Origin: Qipengyuania sp. | GTDB lineage: Bacteria > Pseudomonadota > Alphaproteobacteria > Sphingomonadales > Sphingomonadaceae | DNA: 64,000 nt | Assembly (NCBI RefSeq): GCF_042095715.1 | Contig: NZ_JBELMO010000003.1 | Span: 66,779-130,778, forward strand | Direction of reading: 5' to 3' | Part shown: one piece after another, positions 60,229-64,000 of the stretch | Layout of the letters: the number at the start of each line of letters is the position of its first letter | How positions within the stretch are numbered: the first letter of the stretch is position 1 | Translations under genes and position numbers: made by a program | Notes under the pieces: model-generated | What the model was told of the DNA's origin: nothing | The model's input: only the letters and a program-made list of their open reading frames with translations | Databases searched by the model: none

Positions 60229-60975
60229 TTAGTTGCGGTTGCCCATGAAGCTGAGCAGGAACTGGAACATGTTGATGAAGTCGAGGTACAGGGACAGCGC
60301 CCCCAGAACCACGGCCTTGCCTGCGAAATCGGTGCCGCGCAGCTGTGCGTACTGATGCTTCAGACGCTGCGTATCGTAAGCGGTAAGGCCCGCGAAGATC
60401 AGCACACCCAAGAAGCTCACGACCATCATCAGCGTGCTCGACTGCAGGAAGATGTTGATCACCATCGCGATCAGCAGGCCGATCACACCCATCACGAGGA
60501 AGGTGCCCATGCCGGACAGGTCCTTCTTGGTGGTGTAACCGAACAGGCTGAGCCCCGCGAAGGCACCCGCCGTGGCGAAGAAGGTCGCGGCGATGGATTC
60601 ACCGGTGTAGACGACGAAGATCGTCGACATGGAGAGACCCATCAGGGCCGCGAAGCCCCAGAACATCAACTGCAACGTACCGGTGCTGAACTTGTTGGCC
60701 CCGAAGCTCATCGCGAAGACGATCGCGAGCGGCGACAGGATCACGAGCCACATCAACGGACCGCCCATCAGCGTGTAGACGAGGCCGGTGCTGGCGGTGA
60801 GAAGGGCGATAATGCCCGTCAGCAGCACGCCCGAGGCCATGTAATTGTAAATCTTGAGCATGTGGGCGCGCAGGCCCGTGTCGTAAGTCGCCTGACGGGC
60901 AACGGCGTCGCCGGCGCGCGGGACCGAGCCAAAGCCCGGGCGCTGCTGCTGCCTGGTGTCGTTCCAATCGGCCAT
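60229..60975 (-). CDS. Bax inhibitor-1/YccA family membrane protein
   Basis: YDTGLRAHMLKIYNYM, GYTTKKDLS, TAYDTQ and LSLYLDFINMF. Confidence 0.93.
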   Translation of the reverse strand: MADWNDTRQQQRPGFGSVPRAGDAVARQATYDTGLRAHMLKIYNYMASGVLLTGIIALLTASTGLVYTLMGGPLMWLVILSPLAIVFAMSFGANKFSTGTLQLMFWGFAALMGLSMSTIFVVYTGESIAATFFATAGAFAGLSLFGYTTKKDLSGMGTFLVMGVIGLLIAMVINIFLQSSTLMMVVSFLGVLIFAGLTAYDTQRLKHQYAQLRGTDFAGKAVVLGALSLYLDFINMFQFLLSFMGNRN

Positions 60976-61297
60976 GATGACTTCAAACTCCCTTTGGCGA
61001 AGGCGAAACGCTCCGCTTCATGCTTGCGAATATCGCGTGCCCGGCCACGATTTTCAAGGAGAACCGGGCGAAATCCTTGTCGCATTTGGTAACACGGCTG
61101 GCAACAGAATACCGACCGGCCGACCGAGCTACAGACGCGAAGTTTACACGAAGTTTACACCCGCCCCGGCGGCGGGCACCATTCTCCGGCAGCTGCACTC
61201 AAAACGCAGCGCGGGCTTGCAGGATCCGGCTCGGTCGCGCTGGAGTTATGCTTCACAACAGCCGCCAGGCTCAGCGGCTGGATAGCGGAGGTGTGTC

Positions 61298-62323
61298 GTG
61301 AAACGGATCGGCGTGGGAATAGTCGGCAATGGGATGGCGACGCGCGTCTTCCATGCGCCCTACATTGCCAGCATGCCGGAGTTCGAGCTGCGCGCCGTCA
61401 CATCCCGCCGAGAGAGTGTTGCCCCGCCGCTGCCCGGGGTCACCCTCGTCGCATCCATCAACGCCTTGCTCGCCGATCCGGCGATAGAACTTATCGTCAT
61501 CGCCACGCCGAGCGGCAGCCATGCGTCACTGGCGAAACAGGCCTTGCAGGAAGGCCGTCATGTGGTGGTCGAAAAGCCTTTCACGCTCAGCGTGGCCGAC
61601 ACGCAAGGCCTGCTCGATTTGGCCAGTAACAAGGGCCTCCATGCAGTCGCCTTTCACAACCGGCGCTGGGACAGCGACTTTCTGACCATCGGCGAGGCCA
61701 TTGCGGATGGGCTGGTAGGGGACGTGCTGCATTTCGAATCCCATTTCGACCGCTTCCGCCCAACCATCCGCGACCGCTGGCGCGAGGACGGCGGGCCGGG
61801 ATCAGGCATATGGTTCGATCTAGGCCCACACCTGGTGGATCAGGTTCTGTCTCTGTTCGGAATGCCGCTTTCCGTTTCAGCGGACATCGCTGCCTTGCGA
61901 CCGGGCGGGACGGCGGACGATTGGGCGCATGTGGTGCTGGAATATGCGGGCAAGCGCATCGTGCTGCATGCCAGCATGTGCGTGGCAGGCGGATCGCCGC
62001 GCTTTGCCGTCCACGGCACTGGCGGATCGCTTATAAAGACGCTGGCCGATCCTCAGGAGGCGCAGTCCAATGCCGGGCTGCGACCCGGCGATAAGGGTTG
62101 GGGCGTCGATCCAGACTCGCTGGCGTGGTGGGATGCGGAGGGAGAAACCCACCGGCGCCCGGCCCTGCGCGGCGCGCAGCAGACGTTTTACCGCCAGATG
62201 GCTCTGGCATGCACGGGAAAAGGTCCGCCGCCGGTTTCGCCCGATGAAATACTCGCGGTGCAGAAGGTCATCGAGGCGGCGTTCTTGTCTTCGCAGGAGA
62301 AACGATCGGGGTCGCTGGCCTGA
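61298..62323 (+). CDS. Gfo/Idh/MocA family oxidoreductase (YdgJ-like)
   Basis: VGNGMATRVFHAP, VVEKP, FHNRRWDSDF, FDRFRP and DLGPHL. Confidence 0.92.
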   Translation: MKRIGVGIVGNGMATRVFHAPYIASMPEFELRAVTSRRESVAPPLPGVTLVASINALLADPAIELIVIATPSGSHASLAKQALQEGRHVVVEKPFTLSVADTQGLLDLASNKGLHAVAFHNRRWDSDFLTIGEAIADGLVGDVLHFESHFDRFRPTIRDRWREDGGPGSGIWFDLGPHLVDQVLSLFGMPLSVSADIAALRPGGTADDWAHVVLEYAGKRIVLHASMCVAGGSPRFAVHGTGGSLIKTLADPQEAQSNAGLRPGDKGWGVDPDSLAWWDAEGETHRRPALRGAQQTFYRQMALACTGKGPPPVSPDEILAVQKVIEAAFLSSQEKRSGSLA

Positions 62324-62352
62324 ACGCAGGGCCGGATCCGCCGCGTCCCTGC

Positions 62353-62856
62353 TCAGGCCTCCCCCGCTGCGTCTACCATGGCGGCGGTCAGCGCCTCGCG
62401 GGGCTTCTTGTCGCCCCACAACACGAACTGGAACGCGGGATAGAAGCGGTCGCATTCGTCAACGGCGGTTTCGATCAGCGCCTGCGCCTGCGAAAGGCTC
62501 AGCAGGCCATCATCCCCCAGCAGGGTGGCATTGCGGTAGAGCAGCGTTCCGCCATTGGACCACAAGTCGAAATGGCCGATCCACATCTGTTCGTTGACTA
62601 GCGCCAGCAGTTCGTTGGCGACCCCCCGCTTGTCTTCCGACACGCGGATGTCGGGCAGGCACAGGACCTGCAGAACATTGTCGTCCGCGCGCCAAAGGCA
62701 CTTGAGCTGGTACTTGATCCAGCTGCCCTGAATTTCGCCCGAAAGCTCCTCCGGCCCAGCCTCGCAGGGCCAGCCATGCGCCCTGAACAGCGCAGCCAGC
62801 ATCGCCAGCGGCGCGGCATTGTCATCGGCCGTCATGGCTTCGCTTTGCGTTGGCAT
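62353..62856 (-). CDS. YbjN domain protein; start uncertain
   Basis: GSWIKYQL..LLALVNEQMWIGHFDLW..ECDRFYPAFQFVLWG. Confidence 0.85.
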   Translation of the reverse strand: MPTQSEAMTADDNAAPLAMLAALFRAHGWPCEAGPEELSGEIQGSWIKYQLKCLWRADDNVLQVLCLPDIRVSEDKRGVANELLALVNEQMWIGHFDLWSNGGTLLYRNATLLGDDGLLSLSQAQALIETAVDECDRFYPAFQFVLWGDKKPREALTAAMVDAAGEA

Positions 62857-62995
62857 AATTCCCGGTCCTGTCACTAGGTGAGGCCGTGACATAGCAGGCG
62901 CCCAACAGGGCTTGGCAATCGTGCGGGCGGCGGCTCCTGTTGAGAAGTTGGCTGGCCGCGTAAACTCTGTGCAAAGCCTGTGAACAACCTGTCGA

Positions 62996-64000
62996 TCAGT
63001 CCAGCTTGGTGACCTTCTCGCCCGCTTCGCTGGTGAAAGGCAGAGATTCTATTTCCTTTTCTTTCAGTTGTTTGATGACGTCTCGGGCACCTTCGGCGTT
63101 GGGGAACGGCCCGGCCAGCATGCGCTGAGAGACCCCGTATTTGGCGATCCAGGGCCCCTTGCCGGTGATCGCGCCCCCGGCCTTGCGCACCAGCCGGCGC
63201 CAGTCGAATGCAAGCGCATCCTTGTCCTTGCCGACCGCGACCTGGACCCAGATGCGCGAGGGCTCGGGTGGTGGCGGCGGGGGAGATGGCGGGGCGGGCG
63301 GCGCCTCACGCTTCGGCTTGATCGAAGAGATATCGACCGCCCCCGCTGAGGCTGCAGGTGGCGCGCCGGGGGCCGGACCGAGATCGGCGAAGGCTTCCGC
63401 AAGATCCACTTGCTCGAGTGGCGGCGGGGCGACTGGCGCAGGAGCGGAAGCGACCACCACCGGCTGAGTTTGTGCCTGGGAAGGTGCGGGTACCGGAGCC
63501 AATTCCTGCGTACGCGCTGCCGCCACCTGTACCGGCGCGGCACCAGTGGGAGGTAGCAGCGAGGCCGGCGGCGGAGCCGGTGGAACGCTCGGCTGCGCGG
63601 AGGGTGCCGGGAGCGATGATGTGGCTGTGCGGTCGGGGCGCTGCCGACGCGCGGGCGGCGGGGCTGCGACCTGCGCGGCGCCGAGCGCTGGTCCGGACGG
63701 CGTCAACGAATTGTCTGCGCGGGCCGCTATCTGCGCGCCGCGCGCCGCATAGCCCGCAATATCCGCGGAATCGCGCCCTATCTCTGCTGCCGCCGGAAAG
63801 GTGCCCAGATTGCTGGCCGCCGCCTGCTGCGCGCGGGTGAGGCGCGGCATATAGCGCAAATAAGGTGCCATCCTGAGCGCCAGATCGGTGGACAGCATGG
63901 TGTCGGCGATCGCCACCGCCTCTTCCGGTTTGCCGAGGATGGCAAGGCCGAAGGCGCGGGTGCGAAAGGCCGTGCGGTCGCCCATCTGAAGCAGAGGATA
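62996..64000 (-). CDS. SPOR domain protein (TPR-type N-terminus), truncated by the window edge
   Basis: C-terminal IWVQVAVG..RMLAGPFPNAEGAR SPOR domain; Pro/Ala linker; the frame is open to the window end. Confidence 0.85.
   Translation of the reverse strand, partial: YPLLQMGDRTAFRTRAFGLAILGKPEEAVAIADTMLSTDLALRMAPYLRYMPRLTRAQQAAASNLGTFPAAAEIGRDSADIAGYAARGAQIAARADNSLTPSGPALGAAQVAAPPPARRQRPDRTATSSLPAPSAQPSVPPAPPPASLLPPTGAAPVQVAAARTQELAPVPAPSQAQTQPVVVASAPAPVAPPPLEQVDLAEAFADLGPAPGAPPAASAGAVDISSIKPKREAPPAPPSPPPPPPEPSRIWVQVAVGKDKDALAFDWRRLVRKAGGAITGKGPWIAKYGVSQRMLAGPFPNAEGARDVIKQLKEKEIESLPFTSEAGEKVTKLD

Overview
High-GC alphaproteobacterial chromosome segment. Gene order and content (chvI-chvG-hprK-rapZ-EIIA-HPr, def/recR/fmt/truA, tlpA/argH-lysA, obgE-proB) suggest Sphingomonadales, probably Erythrobacteraceae; this is an inference from content. 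About 65 coding regions are supported, mostly housekeeping: ion antiporters, Fe-S/sulfur, gluconeogenesis, amino-acid and purine synthesis, and translation. There are three isolated tRNAs (Val-TAC, Thr-TGT, Ala-CGC). I saw no transposase, integrase, rRNA or CRISPR array. The main accessory region is a more AT-rich island at about 19.7-23.2 kb between rmuC and def. It carries four same-orientation ~30-bp imperfect palindromes, two of which tightly bracket an orphan ORF in a gene-cassette-like way. It also carries a SAM-methyltransferase fused through a TM helix to an anti-sigma-factor-like periplasmic domain, and a cluster of very small proteins. Other leads are a highly structured ~200-nt ncRNA candidate between purA and an aldo/keto reductase, a 152-bp nested-inverted-repeat element between tRNA-Ala and obgE, and an nhaA + Ca/Na antiporter + Tat-exported carbonic anhydrase operon. 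Start codons were reassigned by eye where the ORF track is over-extended. All family calls come from motif recognition, not database searches.
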